A stretch of DNA of 57,101 bases from Saprolegnia diclina VS20 (Eukaryota), in the NCBI RefSeq assembly GCF_000281045.1, contig NW_008246074.1, positions 643,588-700,688 on the forward strand, written 5' to 3'. Below are positions 44,913 to 57,101 of the stretch, one piece after another (the stretch's first letter is position 1; each line of letters starts with the position of its first letter). Both the position numbers and the translations under genes were made by a program. The notes under the pieces are model-generated. The model had not been told where the DNA came from and searched no databases. It saw only the letters and a program-made list of their open reading frames with translations.

Positions 44913-47395
44913 TTAGTGTCGTTGCTGCGACGCCGTCACAAGCTCTATGCCACCAAACGACGTGACGCACGGTCGTTCATGTGCGACGTACCGTGTAAAA
45001 AGTGCAGCAGAGATGGATTGGTGACGATGTGAAGGGGCGTCTTGCCTTTGAAGTTGCGTAGCTGCAGCGAGTAGAGGTCAGCATCAGCGTGCAAGAGCAC
45101 CTTGACAACAGTCGAGAAGCCACCGCGACACGCGAGATGCAGCGGCAAGTCCCCACTGGCGTCCTGTATCGTCCAGTCGGCACCCGCACTCAAGAGCAGC
45201 TTGACCATGTTGGCGTTGCCAGCGCTCGCGGCTTCATGCAACGGCGTCAACCGAGAGACGCTGTTGTCAACCAAGTTGACGTTGGCGCCCAGCGAGATGA
45301 GCATTTTTGCTTTTGGGAGATACCCGCGCGCCGCCGCCAAATGCAGCAAGGTGTCGCCCGCGCCGTTGCGGTCCGAGACGACGCGCTGCTGAATCTCAGC
45401 AGGGGATATGGTCGGTGGTAGATGCAGCTGTCGCCAGTGCTTGGCCCACTTTGCACTGGGATGGTCGGCTTGTAGGGTTTCGTACTTGACTCGGCGGGCC
45501 GCGTTGGCCTCGGCTTCGTAACGCCCAGGCTCGTTGAAGAGGTCTTGAAGGTGCTTCTTGACATCGTAGCCAACAATTTGGCGACCCATGACGTCGAACG
45601 TCGAGTATGGCGCCGATTGCAGCTGCAGCGCGACAGCGCGCTTCTTGGCCTCGCGGGCGTCATGTTCTTCTTGGAGAAGGTGCATTTTGAGCTCCTTGTG
45701 CTGCGCAATGGCTTCGATGCAGTGGTAATACTGGTTGGATGCCCGGTTGTAAATCGTCTGCCACGACGCCAGTTGCGCCCGGGACGCAATGCGAGACTCG
45801 CTTTGACGCACGAGGGGGCGCGGGGGCTCGGTGCGCGGTGTCGTCACTACCGAAGCTGGCGCTAATGTCGTCTCGACTGTTTCTGCTGACGTCGGTGCCA
45901 TGGGTGCTGGCACTTGTGTCGGTGGTGAGGGAGCTGGTTCTGGTGTCGGTGGCAAGGAAGCTGGTTCTAGAATCGGCGCCACTGGTGCAGGTGAGTCGTG
46001 AGCGAGACCAGATGCTGTCACCACAGCACGCGCGGATATCGGTATCGGCGTAGTATCTGTTCGAGGACTGGCCTGTCTCGGAGAAGGACTTGCAGAAGGC
46101 ATACTGCGAGAAGACATCGACGGTTCCGGCGCGACTTCAGCAGCAACAAAAGCTGCCACGGGCTCTACCGACGCGGTGGCGTCTGGTACTGGCGAAGCGG
46201 TGTCGCTGGGAACGGACTGTGTTGCCAGGCTGCCATCACTCGGCGGTACGACGGGTAAATCCTCTTGAGGGAGCGCAGTCATTGTAAGTGGCGCCACGAT
46301 GCCTTCTTCGCTCTCAGGATCTAGCCGACTTGATTTTGGAGGGTTCAAAGGCACCGCCGAAGCGTCCGTTGCATCAGGCAGCACGTCTTCGTCATTCTCT
46401 AACGCGCGGTCTTCCTCCATAGTATCGATACGAGCCGACCCGACGACTTCCGCGTTCGGTGTCGCTGGCAGCGGGTCGTTCACCGCGACTCGTGTTGCTT
46501 CCAAAAAGGCATCAGCGACGTGTTCGCTCTTTGCCGCAGGCTCTGCGCCTTGGCTGCTTCGATGGCTTGGAAGCGGCGTCGTCGAGAAGGCGTCGTAGCG
46601 GCTCTGGCTGCTTCGGTGGCTAAGCAACGCTACGTCATCCGCCTGATGCGCGCTCTCGGTCGTTGAGGGCTCTTTGCGCACCGAGCGGGCGCTTGTGTTG
46701 CTCCGTGAAGAGAGTGGTTTGGTCTCGGCCGTTGGCCGCGCAGCATCCAAGAGCCGGCTTTGCTCGAGAATGTCGTCGTTCTGCTGCATCTCGTCGTCAC
46801 TGTGTTCATTCGCTTCAAAGACCGCCGTCGCCTCAAGCGCCTCAAAGTTGAAGGACCCAGTCTTCGCGAGCCCTCGACTTTTCGGCGATGTCGATGACGC
46901 CATGTCCGAGTCGAGATTCGCAAAGAAGGACGGCGACGCGCTCATGATGTGCAGCATGCTCGCGGGCGGTGGTCCGATCTTGTAGATGCTCTTGGGACGA
47001 TTTAGCAGAGCTTGGAGCTTGGCATCTTGATCCGGCGGCAGAGCGAGCGACGCGACCACGTCGGGCGTCAACACTGCGTGCACTTGCGGGTCCATCGCCG
47101 ACTGCGGGTGCGACGTCGAGAGGGCGAGCGTGTACTGATTGACGTACGTTGCCGCGTCAGTGTCGGCGGTTGCGGGGCGAATCGAAACCCACTCCGGCTC
47201 GGTTGGGAGCTCCCACCGGCTCTCGTTCGTGCGCTTGTTGACATAGTACGTGTGGCCCGAGCCATAGACGTCGACAATTTCTTCCCACTCGCTCGTGTTC
47301 GCCGGCGCCTCCCACGACACCTCGCCCGTCGTCGCGTGGACGTACACCGCCTTGCCGTCGTCATCGACGACGATGTTCCACTCGGCCGACGCCAT
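44913..47395 (-). CDS. WW-domain + ankyrin-repeat protein with low-complexity Pro/Ser/Ala middle region
   Basis: WNIVVDDDGKAVYVHATTGEVSWEAP and WEEIVDVYGSGHTYYVNKRTNESRWELP (WW). GDTLLHLAA, TPLHEAA, GDLPLHLAC (ANK). A terminal intron gives HELVTASQQRH*. Confidence 0.88.
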
Positions 47396-47868
47396 AGAGT
47401 AGTTGACGTTACGCGGCCAACCGACACTTGTCGATTGGGATGATCAACCAAATGCAGAACTGCGCAGTGTCATCGTGGAAATGCGAGGACACTTGGAGGC
47501 TTTATAGCTATGCACAGCGTCTTTATAGCAACATGCAGTGGGTTTACAGCCCTAGTTTAGTGTTGAAGCGGTCGACCTTGTGTCATCCTGGATGAGCCAC
47601 CAACCGCTCAATGGTGTTTGTGGAAGATATATTTACCTAGATCGCTGCGCCACCGAGCGGCAGTACGCAGGTACACGCCGAGTGTCCTCCTCTTTGTCGA
47701 CATGTCAGAGCGCACACCACTGTTGTACAATCTTGTCGATGCTAACGGCTGCATCGAATTTATCTAACGTTAACTAAGCTGCTGGGAATCTTGGCGGTAC
47801 GGTATGGTGGCTTCTGATTGGCTAAAAAGTTGCCGGGTTTCGTTCGCGGCCAACACAGTTGTTGCGAG

Positions 47869-48878
47869 ATGTCCAGCAGCGCGAGTGACGAGCGCCGACG
47901 AAGCAGTCTCGGTGGCTCGACGCCGAGCCCGGGCGCCCGCTTCCTGAGCCCACTCAAGCGCAAGCATTCGCTTGATAGCGGCCTCGGGTGCCAACGCCGC
48001 CAGCGCAGCCGCCTCGTGCCTGCCAAGGGCAGCACCGCGAGCGAGGCCAGCCCCGTCCTGCGCCGAAGGAAGAGCACGAGCTTCGTTGGCGACGTGACGC
48101 TGACGCATATTCCGGCTTCGACGCCACTTCGACAAGGCAAAAGCACCGTCGATGACACCGATTCGACCCGGATCAAGTCGGGTACTGCAACCAAGCGCAT
48201 TATGGCCTATAAAGTTGACGCGCCGCCTTGCCTAGCCCCTGCAGACGATCCGCGCAATGCGACGCACGCCAGCACAGCAACCTCGCTTGGACGACCCCCG
48301 CGGGTACCGTGTGAAGAAGTCGATACAGTGAGCGCATGCGGCGCATCCCAAGATGAACCCGTGGACCTCTCGATGCTGCCGAGCGACAGCGACAGCTCGG
48401 ACGAGGGAATGTCGCCGCCAGGTCCAAAGCACGAGCTTGTACCGTCAAGCCCCACGACGAGCGCGTCCGACACTGCGTGGCTATCCGAACACGCTCCAAC
48501 GTCGTTGAACATGCTGCGGCACGACGACGTGGCCAAGCTCATATCGCTCCTCACCTCGGGCACGGACATCGCTTTGATGGTGGACTTCCTCCACGTCCTT
48601 ATCAAGGTAGATTCGATATGCGTTCTTCCATCGATCATCCGCATCTCCATCTAGAAAACGCTGGCGCTGTCGGATCGCTATGCGCTGGACGTGTACCGGG
48701 AGCACCACGAGTCCATCGTCCGTCTCCGGTACGCCGCCTCGGTATGTACCTCACTTTCTCAGCCCATTCGAGTAGACACATGGAAGGCTACGAGCGACTT
48801 CGCGCGGCCATACACGCGCTCTTGGTCGAGATGCACCGGCAGTGGGCCATCCTCACAGATACCACCTGCAGTGTCTAA
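47869..48878 (+). CDS. Hypothetical protein, 3 exons
   Basis: ATG at 47869. Introns join ...LHVLIK|KTLALSD...LR|HMEGYERLRAAIHALL...CSV*. Confidence 0.65.
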
Positions 48879-49059
48879 GCCGCCGCGCCGTCTCCATTCG
48901 TTTATCTATATCTATTGGTCCGTCTATTACATGCAACTACGTCTTCACGTGTACGTTGACCGTCGAGCTTGCATTGCCCGCCTAGATCTTAGCGATTGCG
49001 CGGGCTGCCACGAAGTTCGAAGTTGACATCGCAGTATCTTGGCGACGGTTCGTACTTCG

Positions 49060-50924
49060 ATGGAGTCGTTGCGGACGTCCAAGAGCATCGCGCAGAGCGA
49101 GCTGCAGCAGCTCAAGGAGACGCTTCGGCGGCTGAGCGCGGCCGACGACCCGACGACGAACCTCAAGCTGAGCTCGCTTGTGACACCGGCAACGCTCACG
49201 CCGACGACGCCCAAGGCTACGCTACGCCATGCGCCAACGACGCCGACAGGCGCGTCCAACAGCAAGGCCGTGCTCTCGGCGCTCAAGGCGCTCCAAGACA
49301 AGATTCGCCGCGTCGAGGACGAGCGCGCGACCTTGGAGGACGAGTGCGCGAATCTCCGCGCACAGCTACGGCTCAACGAAGGCCAACACGTGGCAGCAGC
49401 CAAGAAGACCGCGTACGAGCTCGAGCAGGTCAAGGACGCTGCGCGCGCTGCGTACGAAGCTTTGCGGTACGCTTTGCCAATTGCGACTGCATGGTGCGGA
49501 TTGCTGTCTTAGCGCGGAGCGGGACGCGCTGCAGTCCGACGTCATACAGGCGCAGCACGACCACGCGATCACAAAGAACGAGCTCGAGCACGTGCAAGAC
49601 ATGCTGGCGTCGTACAAGGAGAAGCACGAGGCGCTGATGGTGCGTCTTGCTTTCTCCTAGCCGGGGATCCTCCATGTTATGCGTAGGAGCAAAACGCGAT
49701 GCAAGATGCGCACGTACTACGCCTACAAACCGAAGTCGCCGAGATGTCATCGACGTCCAAGACCCGCGTCCACGAGCTCCAAGAGACGCTCATGGAAGCC
49801 ACGCGCAGCAACAAGGAGGCCATGCGTCAGATTGCGATCCTCGAGGACCACGTCCAGCGTACAACAACGCACAATACGACCTTAGAAGGTCGCGCCCAGG
49901 AGGCCGAGGTACGCCCGCGCGAATCTTTCCGGCGCATCGTACCCATGCTAGCGCACGATCGCCCAAGTCTCGCAGCTCAACGAAAAGCTCGTCGTACGCA
50001 TGTGGGAAGCGCAAGCCAAGGCCAAGGTCAAGCCCAAAGCCCCTAAACCGCCCCCGCCACCGGCTGTGAACCGGTCGACGGCGGCAAGTCGAGCATCGGC
50101 CGTGGCCGCGAGTTACCGGGGGATGTGCGCAGGCACTGTTAATGGCACCAAAGGCGCATCAGCAGTCACTGGCGGTCGTCTGCCAGCGCCGACAACAGCG
50201 CGAACACCGCCACCGCCCCGGAAAAAGAGTGTGAAAAAGCTCAAGTCGACCAAAGCCAAGACCAATTTAGAGCGCTTGGAAGAAGCCAACATGGCCAAGG
50301 TGCCATTTCTTCTGGGCACGGCGACGACTCCGTCGTTCTCGGTCATTGGAACAGCACAAGAGGCGCTCCGGGCGTCCGAACTCTACTCGGCCGTCGCGCC
50401 CGACGTCCACCGGCAACCAAGTCTCGACGCTGTCTCGCCACCGCCCCCGCCTGCCGCCACCGACCGTGCAAAGGGCCCTCCCACTTACAAGACGGGTGCA
50501 CCCACGGAGCTTGAGATTGACGAGCCACCCGTGAGCAAAGTGGCGTTTTTGAACTCCATGTCCAAGGCCATTGCCAGCGTCCAGGATGAATTCACGCAAC
50601 TGAACGAGCGCTACCAAGCCATCATGGGCAGCCTCGACAAGTCTCCGGACGCGACCAAGCGCATGGAAGAAACCATCGATGCGCTCGAAGCCAAAGGCGA
50701 GCAGCTCGCGCTTCTGCGGCAGCTCCACGCGCAGGTGCACTATGAACCCTTATCTTATGCTGAGATCGTGCGATGTGCAGGCCGCCAAGAATGCACTGTC
50801 AAGTACAACACGGCGTGTGGTACATAGCCCGGATGCCGCCAGGAAGAAGACGAAAGCGCTCCGCGTGCTTCACGAGTATCGGGAGCTGGACCGCCACATG
50901 AAGGAGCGCACGGCCGACGGCTAG
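49060..50924 (+). CDS. CEP57: Centrosomal protein CEP57/translokin-like
   Basis: NSKAVLSALKALQDKIRRVEDER (Cep57 N-terminal coiled coil), VPFLLGTATTPSFSV, and VQDEFTQL...LEAKGEQL (microtubule-binding region). Multi-exon; start uncertain. Confidence 0.75.
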
Positions 50925-50939
50925 TAGAGTAGATTTACA

Positions 50940-52447
50940 TTAAATAGGGGAAAATTGCAGCAGGCGTGCCTCCATGTGGGTTGCGAAAAACGCAAGCGCG
51001 GCGATCGTCGAGGGGTCGGTCGTCACCGCTTGGGTCTCGGCCAGCGCCTGCAAGGCGTCGCGAAGCGCACTGGCGTCGGTCTGCGCGTCAATGAACGCCA
51101 CGTCGTCTTGCCACGTGGGAAAGATGGACGCAATGTCTGACGGCGCTACCAGCTTCGTCTCGGGCTCCGCAGGACTCGCTTGCGGTTGATGCGGCGAAGG
51201 TGGACTCTCAAGCAGAGATGCGACAGAGATAGTTGCGTCGAGAGGCGTGGCGGCGTCCGCTTTCGGGCTGCTGGAAACAAGAGCCGCCATGGGCTCGTTC
51301 AGGTCCAGCGTCGTCGTGGTCTCGGAGGGACTTGTCGTTGCAGTCATCGAGAGTGCCTCGGGTGCCTCAAATGGTGTCGCTGTGGGTAAGACGTTGGGCA
51401 CCAAGTAGTCGTCAGCGGCCCACTGGTCGCCTTGGGCTGCTTTGGACCACCATATGAGCGAATCCGAGGCGTCTCGAGGTCGCCACTGCACGCACGGCGG
51501 ACGACGACTTGGAAGTGCCAAGGCTTGTGGGAACAGAAATACCCGCGCTTCATACGAAGCCACGTCGTGCAAGGCTGTGCGGACTGCGTCGGGGGGCAAA
51601 ACGCGGGATTTCGCGACGCGTTTCGACTGTTTTTCGGACTTTTGGAGCTGCTTAAGGATTTTGGCGCGTTGTTTCTAGTGGCGAGAGGCAAGTGAGAACA
51701 CGCTATTGTGGAAGAGCAACCTGAAGGGTTGCGATCTGGGCGTCAATGGCGGCGAGGTCCCGCGTGAGCAGCGTCTTGTTGACTGTCGCTTCGAGTTCGT
51801 CGTCGACGAGCGACTTGGAGAGCGCAAGTGCAAACTCGACTTGCTCTTGGTTGATCGATTTTTGTTTCTTGGCCTTTTTCGCCTTGGGCTGCGAGTCCAA
51901 GCACGCATTCACGTGCAAATGACGCTCCTAAGCATCGTGCTCTACGTCGTCAACCCTTTCCAGCGGCGCTATCTACCTCGAACGAGAGCCCGTAGAGCGA
52001 TCCGCGGCATACAACGCACTCCTCGTGCTCGATAGGACCCTCGGCGGCGACGATGTCGGGCTCGCGAGGCTTGGGGGCGGCGCAGACGGCGCAGACGACG
52101 TCGATGCGAAAGGCCAGAAGTGACGCGCCGGTCGTGAGCGTGTCGCCGTCGCGCAGTGGCGTCGGCGTCCGCGGCGGAATTGGCTTTTCGTTGATCTTGG
52201 TGCCGTTGGTGCTGCCAACGTCGATGACGACGAAGCGGCCGAGGCTAGCGTCGTGCGCAATGCTGGCGTGGCGAGACGACACGTCAAAGTCGGACGCGAG
52301 GAGGAGGCCGGTATCGCCGACGAACTTCTTGCTGCGGCCGATGGCAATGGCGCTGGACGTTGGCGCGACCATCGCGCCCGTGTGGGGGCCCATGAGCACC
52401 TCGAGCGACGCGAGGCAGCCACAAGTTGTCGTCGTCGTCTCCGTCAT
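50940..52447 (-). CDS. FHA domain + UBZ-type zinc finger + UIM-like motif protein
   Basis: IGRS...VSSRHA...DVGSTNGT (FHA). Spliced CVVCRGSLYGLSFEERHLHVNACLD (UBZ-like C2HC). EQVEFALALSKS (UIM-like). Confidence 0.75.
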
Positions 52448-53149
52448 CCTCGCATACCGAAAAGTCTGCACTGCTTGGTGATTGGCCAAAAGAAGCACTG
52501 GAATGCACCAATCACGAGTCACGCTTCGGGCACCGTTTTGGCGCGCAAAAAAGCCATCGTGGATTTACAGTGTTAGATAGGTAACATCGTATTTCTTGTA
52601 CAATATTGTTGTTTAAAAAAAGAAAAAAATATTCTGACGGCACGTGAGTGTACGGCGACAGCTCCGATTGCCCTGGACATCCAGCAGGGGGTCCATGAAG
52701 CTCTGATCAACCATCGCTCGCTGCCAGCAGACAGTGGAAGCGACCATTGAATAGTGCTGTTCCATAAAGGGACCATTCCCAATTGCAGAGTATACCCATC
52801 CGTACACGCGCCGCTAGCATACCGGTTCCAGCCGAACCGCGTCGATAGCCAACTAGTCTCGGCATATTCATGTACAAGCATATATCCCAACCGCCCAGCA
52901 GTTCGAAATCTAGAGTGCTAATCTCAAACGACTTGTGCAGCTGTGCCGCAGGAATGGGCGCTCAAAGGGTAAGGACCTTCGCTTCTCCGATACTGGTACC
53001 TCTGACTGTGGGCAAGGGGTGCATAAAAGATTATAACCCCTGGCTACAAAAACGGCGACAACGTTTCCAATATGGACGTGGTATGTTGGACCCGCCCGTT
53101 GGCCGCGCGATTGGCGCGTAAAAATACGAATCTATTTATAGCATGCGGG

Positions 53150-53200
53150 TTGTGATTGGTCGAAAGAAATGGGCTCCCGTGGCTCACTTTTGAAGTTGCA
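53150..53200 (+). promoter_or_regulatory. Putative core promoter of the PH gene: inverted CCAAT box plus Inr/FPR-like element
   Basis: tgattggt at ~53153 and gctcacttttgaagtt at ~53182 resemble the oomycete CCAAT and GCTCATTY...WTTT core elements, about 25 nt before the ATG. Confidence 0.4.
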
Positions 53201-53206
53201 CCGAGG

Positions 53207-53704
53207 ATGCCGGACGACGGGGCGTGCATTAGCGGGTACTTGAACAAGATGAAGCACGAGCAAAAGGTGCTGACGCCGTCCTGGAACCGCCGCTGGTTCG
53301 CGCTCGACGGCGCCGAGCTCAAGTATTTTGGCGCCAAAGACAGCATGATCCCGTCCAAAGTCATTGACCTCTTGTCGATCGAGAGCGTCCGGCCCTTCGA
53401 CACGGGCGACCACGGCGTCTACAGCTTTGTGCTCAAGACGCCGTCGCGCAGCTACTTTCTCCGGGCCGACTCGGAAGGCGACATGAAGCGCTGGGTCCGC
53501 TGCCTCCGCGAACAGCAAGACCTCTGGCGAGAAAAGTCCCTCGAGACGCCGCGCCGCGCCTCCAAGCTCAAGCTCTACAAGGAAATACCCCGCCCCCCGT
53601 CGCCAGGCAAGTCCAAGCGCGGTGATCACGAGAACGAATCCAAATACGATGACGAGCCGAGACGTCCGATGAAAGGGGCCAAGAAGGGCTCGGTCCGAGG
53701 CTAA
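53207..53704 (+). CDS. Small PH-domain protein with basic C-terminal tail
   Basis: ISGYLNK...WNRRWFAL...LKYF...YFLRADSEGDMKRWVRCL. ATG at 53207. Confidence 0.88.
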   Translation: MPDDGACISGYLNKMKHEQKVLTPSWNRRWFALDGAELKYFGAKDSMIPSKVIDLLSIESVRPFDTGDHGVYSFVLKTPSRSYFLRADSEGDMKRWVRCLREQQDLWREKSLETPRRASKLKLYKEIPRPPSPGKSKRGDHENESKYDDEPRRPMKGAKKGSVRG

Positions 53705-54003
53705 GACCAAACCATAACGCTATTATTTCGACACCAAGGCAAAATTGAGTCTGTCAATATACTTGCCTCACAGCGTCTTTGACTGTATTCCGCACCCGAG
53801 CTCAGTGCTGGCATGGCTCAACCTGTCCGTCATCAACATGGTGGTCAAGGTGGTTAGCTCATGTGGCGTGTTTTTATACTCCAGACATGCAATACATTAC
53901 GACTGAGAGGCCAACGTATTATAGAGGCTAGACACACGCAACTGAAAATCCAATACTTGGATCAAGTATAGTGCTAGCGTTTCAGTTTCGATCTTTTGGG
54001 AGG

Positions 54004-55463
54004 ATGGACGACGGCAAGATCCCGCTCGACGACTCGCCGTCCGATGCGCTGGTAAGCTGCTCGCCAAGCGCCATGCTTCCTCATCCTCCGTAGCTCCGCC
54101 GGCGGTACCTGGCGCTGCTCAGCGGGCTTCCGATCATGGGTAGACGTGCCAGGCATGACGAGGCCATGCATGCAGCTAACATCAAGGTCTCTAGACAAGC
54201 GAGGTCGACATCTCACGTGTCGGTACGAGCGGCTAAAGGAGCTCCAGCGCATGGTTATTGTGCACGGCCTGCCCATGGAGTCGGACGACGAGGCCTCGGG
54301 CGTCGAGCCATCGACGCTGCGCGGGCGCGTCTGGAAAGTGCTCCTCGGGCTCGACGACGATGCGAGCGAGCGCAAGCAAAGCTACCGGCGCTTCGTCGCC
54401 TTGGGCCCGAGCAAGAACGACGACGACATTCGCAACGATACGTTCCGAACGTTCCGAGGCGACCCGAGCTTTGCGCGGCGCGTGCCCGAAGACACGCTCG
54501 TGCGCCTCCTCAACGCCTTCCTCCAAGAATATGTGCTGCACCATCAACGAATCACACAAAGATGCAAGCGATGACGTAGGGCGCGGTCATGGACGACGGG
54601 CGTGACGAGGCCGACCAGCCGTACCGGTATTTCCAAGGCCTCAACATCCTCTGCGCGCCCTTTCTGTACGTGCTGCCCGAAGACGATGCGTACATGGCCT
54701 TTGCCGCGCTCGTGACGCAGCACTGTCCGCGGTACGTTGCGCCGCAGCTCGCAGGTGTCCATGTCGCGTGCGGCCTCGTCGATCGCTGCCTCCAGACGGT
54801 ACACGCCTTCAACGCGAAATAGACTGTGTGAGGCATACTACTACAGCTGGACTACAAGTTGTACAAACACTTGGTGACAAGAGGCATTACGGCCAAGATC
54901 TACGCCTACCCGATCGTTCTTAGCTTCTTCGCGTGCATCCCGCCGCTGCCTGAGCTCCTCCATGTGTGGGACACGGTACGTGGAAGACCCGTCGTCGGCG
55001 CTCATGAAGCGGAACTAGCTCTTGGCCATGGGGGTGCATTTCATCGTGCTTCTCAGTGCAGCCCATGTCATCCTCCTTCGCACCGAGCTGCTGACGACGT
55101 ACGAGCTTACGTCTTTGATTGCAGTTGCGAATGGACGTGTAGCGAGACTCATCTCATGAACAAACTCAATTTGCGCGAGTCGCCGCCGCTCAACGCCAAG
55201 CGCCTTGTGTACGTGGCGCTCCAGGTACGACCGCGAGAACCATGCGGCTTGTCGCTATTCAGTGCGTGGAATAGCTGCTGCAGCGCCTGCCTGAAGAGCT
55301 CTACTGCGAGATCGCTCGACATCCATTCGAACGGCCCGACACGTTTGCAAGCATTTGCCTGCCGCCCGCGACGTTGGACATTGTGCTCGAGAAGGTCAAG
55401 CGCCGGAAAAAGTCATCGGCCGTTCGGCGCGCGGGCGACGTCAAACCGCCGTGGAAGCTGTAG
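54004..55463 (+). CDS. BUB2: BUB2/Cdc16-like TBC-domain GAP, multi-exon
   Basis: LRGRVWKVLLG, IRNDTFRTF, YFQGLNILCAPF, GITAKIYAYP...FFACIPPLPELLHVWD. Confidence 0.85.
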
Positions 55464-55542
55464 CTCGTACATAATAATGCAGGTCTCTATTCATAGTATT
55501 GGTCCAAGTAATATCGTACACCGTGTATCGGGATATGCGCAT

Positions 55543-56013
55543 CTAGGGCTGCGGCGGCAGGCGCGACGACATCTTTTCGTCCATGAGGATCGCCTTGAGC
55601 AGCTTGAACTGAGCGTGCTTTTGGTCGATGAGCTCCTGGAGCTTGGCTTCGAGCACCTACGTCGTGTGTTCAGACGCGACTGGTCCGCACTGCAATGATC
55701 GCACCTCGAGTTCCTTATCCTTGTCCAGTTGAGCGCTGTCGGCCTTCCGCGCCGCCTTCTCGCGCTTGGCGGCTTCATCCTCGATGGTGTCGCTACTCGG
55801 CGCGGCCTTGCTCGGCGACGATGCCAGCTTGGCTTGCTGCTTGGCGCGGAGCTGCTGCACGTAGACCTTCCGCCATGGCCCTTGCACGCAGCGCCGGCGG
55901 ATGCATCTACGCATGGCCATGAGCATGGTCGAGACGGCAGAGACGGCGTACGTTCGAATGCGCTCGTACTGCTCGGGCGCGATGTACGGTGCTTGGACGC
56001 GGTAGTGGCGCAT
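55543..56013 (-). CDS. Small hypothetical basic protein, 3 exons
   Basis: ATG at 56013. Spliced MRHYRVQAPYIAPEQYERIR...GPWRKVYVQQLRAK...VLEAKLQELIDQKHAQFKLLK. Confidence 0.65.
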
Positions 56014-56598
56014 GCTGCTCCCGTTTCTTCTGGCCGCGCTGGAATCCAATTGGGCCGTGGTCGAAATTTATTCGTGGAGAAAATATCCTGTCAAAATTAA
56101 TATGCGCAACGGGTGCATAGCTGCGCACGACTGGCTCGAGCAGTGACCAGAGGTGCACTGTGGAGCGTACCGGTACTATTGGAATTGAAGGAGGTGCAAA
56201 CGACAGTCTCGTAGTGCTCCAGGATAACGCACTAGCGGGTATCGACGCGGGTCTATGTCCTGGGTGCCACTTGAAGTTGCCGTTCGCATGCGCTGCCACG
56301 TGGCGCTGGATACGCCGGAGGACTTCGATAGTATCATTTTGGAGAGGTGAAGTTTGACCAGCTAGCTCGCTGGACGAGGGTGGACGCAGTGACTCACTGC
56401 CATTCACTCTGAATGAGAGAAGGTACAATTGGACGCTCACTCGTGCGACACATCTCGGCAAACTCGCAAGCTCTTGTGCTTGGAACTTCTTCCGCGCCCA
56501 ATCACAGAGGTCGCAATTGACATTGCGTGGTGGACAACACACAATTGGACCGCAGTTCCTTTATAAAGAATAATTTCATAAATGAAACATAGGCGGTC

Positions 56599-57101
56599 TT
56601 AGTCGCGGAAGGTCAGCGATTCGTAAGTAAACTTTTGCAAGTCATTGGCGGGGGTGTTGCACTCCCAGAGGTACGGCCTCGTACCAAACTCCATGTTGAA
56701 GTCCGGCGTCGACATATCGAGGCAAAAGCCAGTGTGCGTCGCGTGGCGCAGCTGGCCCGTCGTCGGGTCATAGCGCCATTTTTGGTTGCCGTTGTCGGAT
56801 TCGCAAAAATACGTGTGGACTGCGCCCCCGTTCCAGGGTTCGTACGCGTCCAAGCATTGGTTTCGGCTGAGGCGCGAGGTCGCACGCCACGTCAAATCGC
56901 CGTTGAAGACTTCCCACTCGAACGGCTCGCCCCAGACGTTTACAAAGCGCGGGATGCCACTGGAGCTTGTGAGGTACCGACCGTTGAACGATTTGAGCTT
57001 GACCGCGTCTCCGGTAACCACGATGCGCTGGTTGGGTGCATCGTCGTGGCAGGTCCACACCTGCACCTTGTTGTCCTGCGTTGGGTCGACATCGAGGCAC
57101 A
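56599..57101 (-). CDS. Ricin B-type lectin domain protein, 3' end only (runs off the window)
   Basis: QCLDAYEPWNGGAVHTYFCESDNGNQKWRYDPTTGQLRHATHTGFCLD: QxW-type ricin repeats typical of Saprolegnia secreted enzymes. Confidence 0.9.
   Translation of the reverse strand, partial: CLDVDPTQDNKVQVWTCHDDAPNQRIVVTGDAVKLKSFNGRYLTSSSGIPRFVNVWGEPFEWEVFNGDLTWRATSRLSRNQCLDAYEPWNGGAVHTYFCESDNGNQKWRYDPTTGQLRHATHTGFCLDMSTPDFNMEFGTRPYLWECNTPANDLQKFTYESLTFRD

Noticed and set aside
52570..53130. Intergenic ORFs here and at 3150-3600, 37381-37800 and 56100-56540 as possible gene relics
   Set aside because: No family could be identified from sequence alone.
49060..55463. CEP57, FHA and BUB2 genes as a centrosome/cell-cycle gene cluster
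   Set aside because: Mixed orientation with an unrelated gene between them; chance adjacency in a dense genome is sufficient without synteny data.

Overview
GC-rich, gene-dense eukaryotic DNA with many 44-50 nt GT-AG introns. Gene content (an elicitin-like gene, the 'EGCTTDAMD' ankyrin family, a ricin-lectin gene) points to an oomycete, most likely Saprolegniaceae; this is an inference. About 30 protein-coding genes can be built by hand-splicing the ORF track, including ECM29, class II fumarase, mitochondrial ferredoxin, CEP57-like, BUB2-like, a RAP/OPR-like protein, a kinesin and a nucleotide-sugar transporter. The standout non-coding signal is at 40.1-41.5 kb: two adjacent long fold-back inverted repeats (96-bp and 105-bp arms, about 90% matched). 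Each is built from a dead gag fragment of a different LTR retrotransposon, one gypsy-like and one copia-like. This is a candidate hairpin-RNA/siRNA anti-transposon locus. Unusual protein architectures include: an RFTS-DDT-bromo-WHIM-Tudor chromatin protein with a bromodomain inserted inside a PHIP-type Tudor module; a ~2000-aa protein joining a motor-less dynein microtubule-binding domain, a Ser-less alpha/beta-hydrolase, IQ, SAM and ankyrin domains; tandem DCX/KHA-Ras fusions; an RWP-RK+Myb factor; and two adjacent 61-aa secreted peptides. All domain calls are by eye from motifs; no searches were run.
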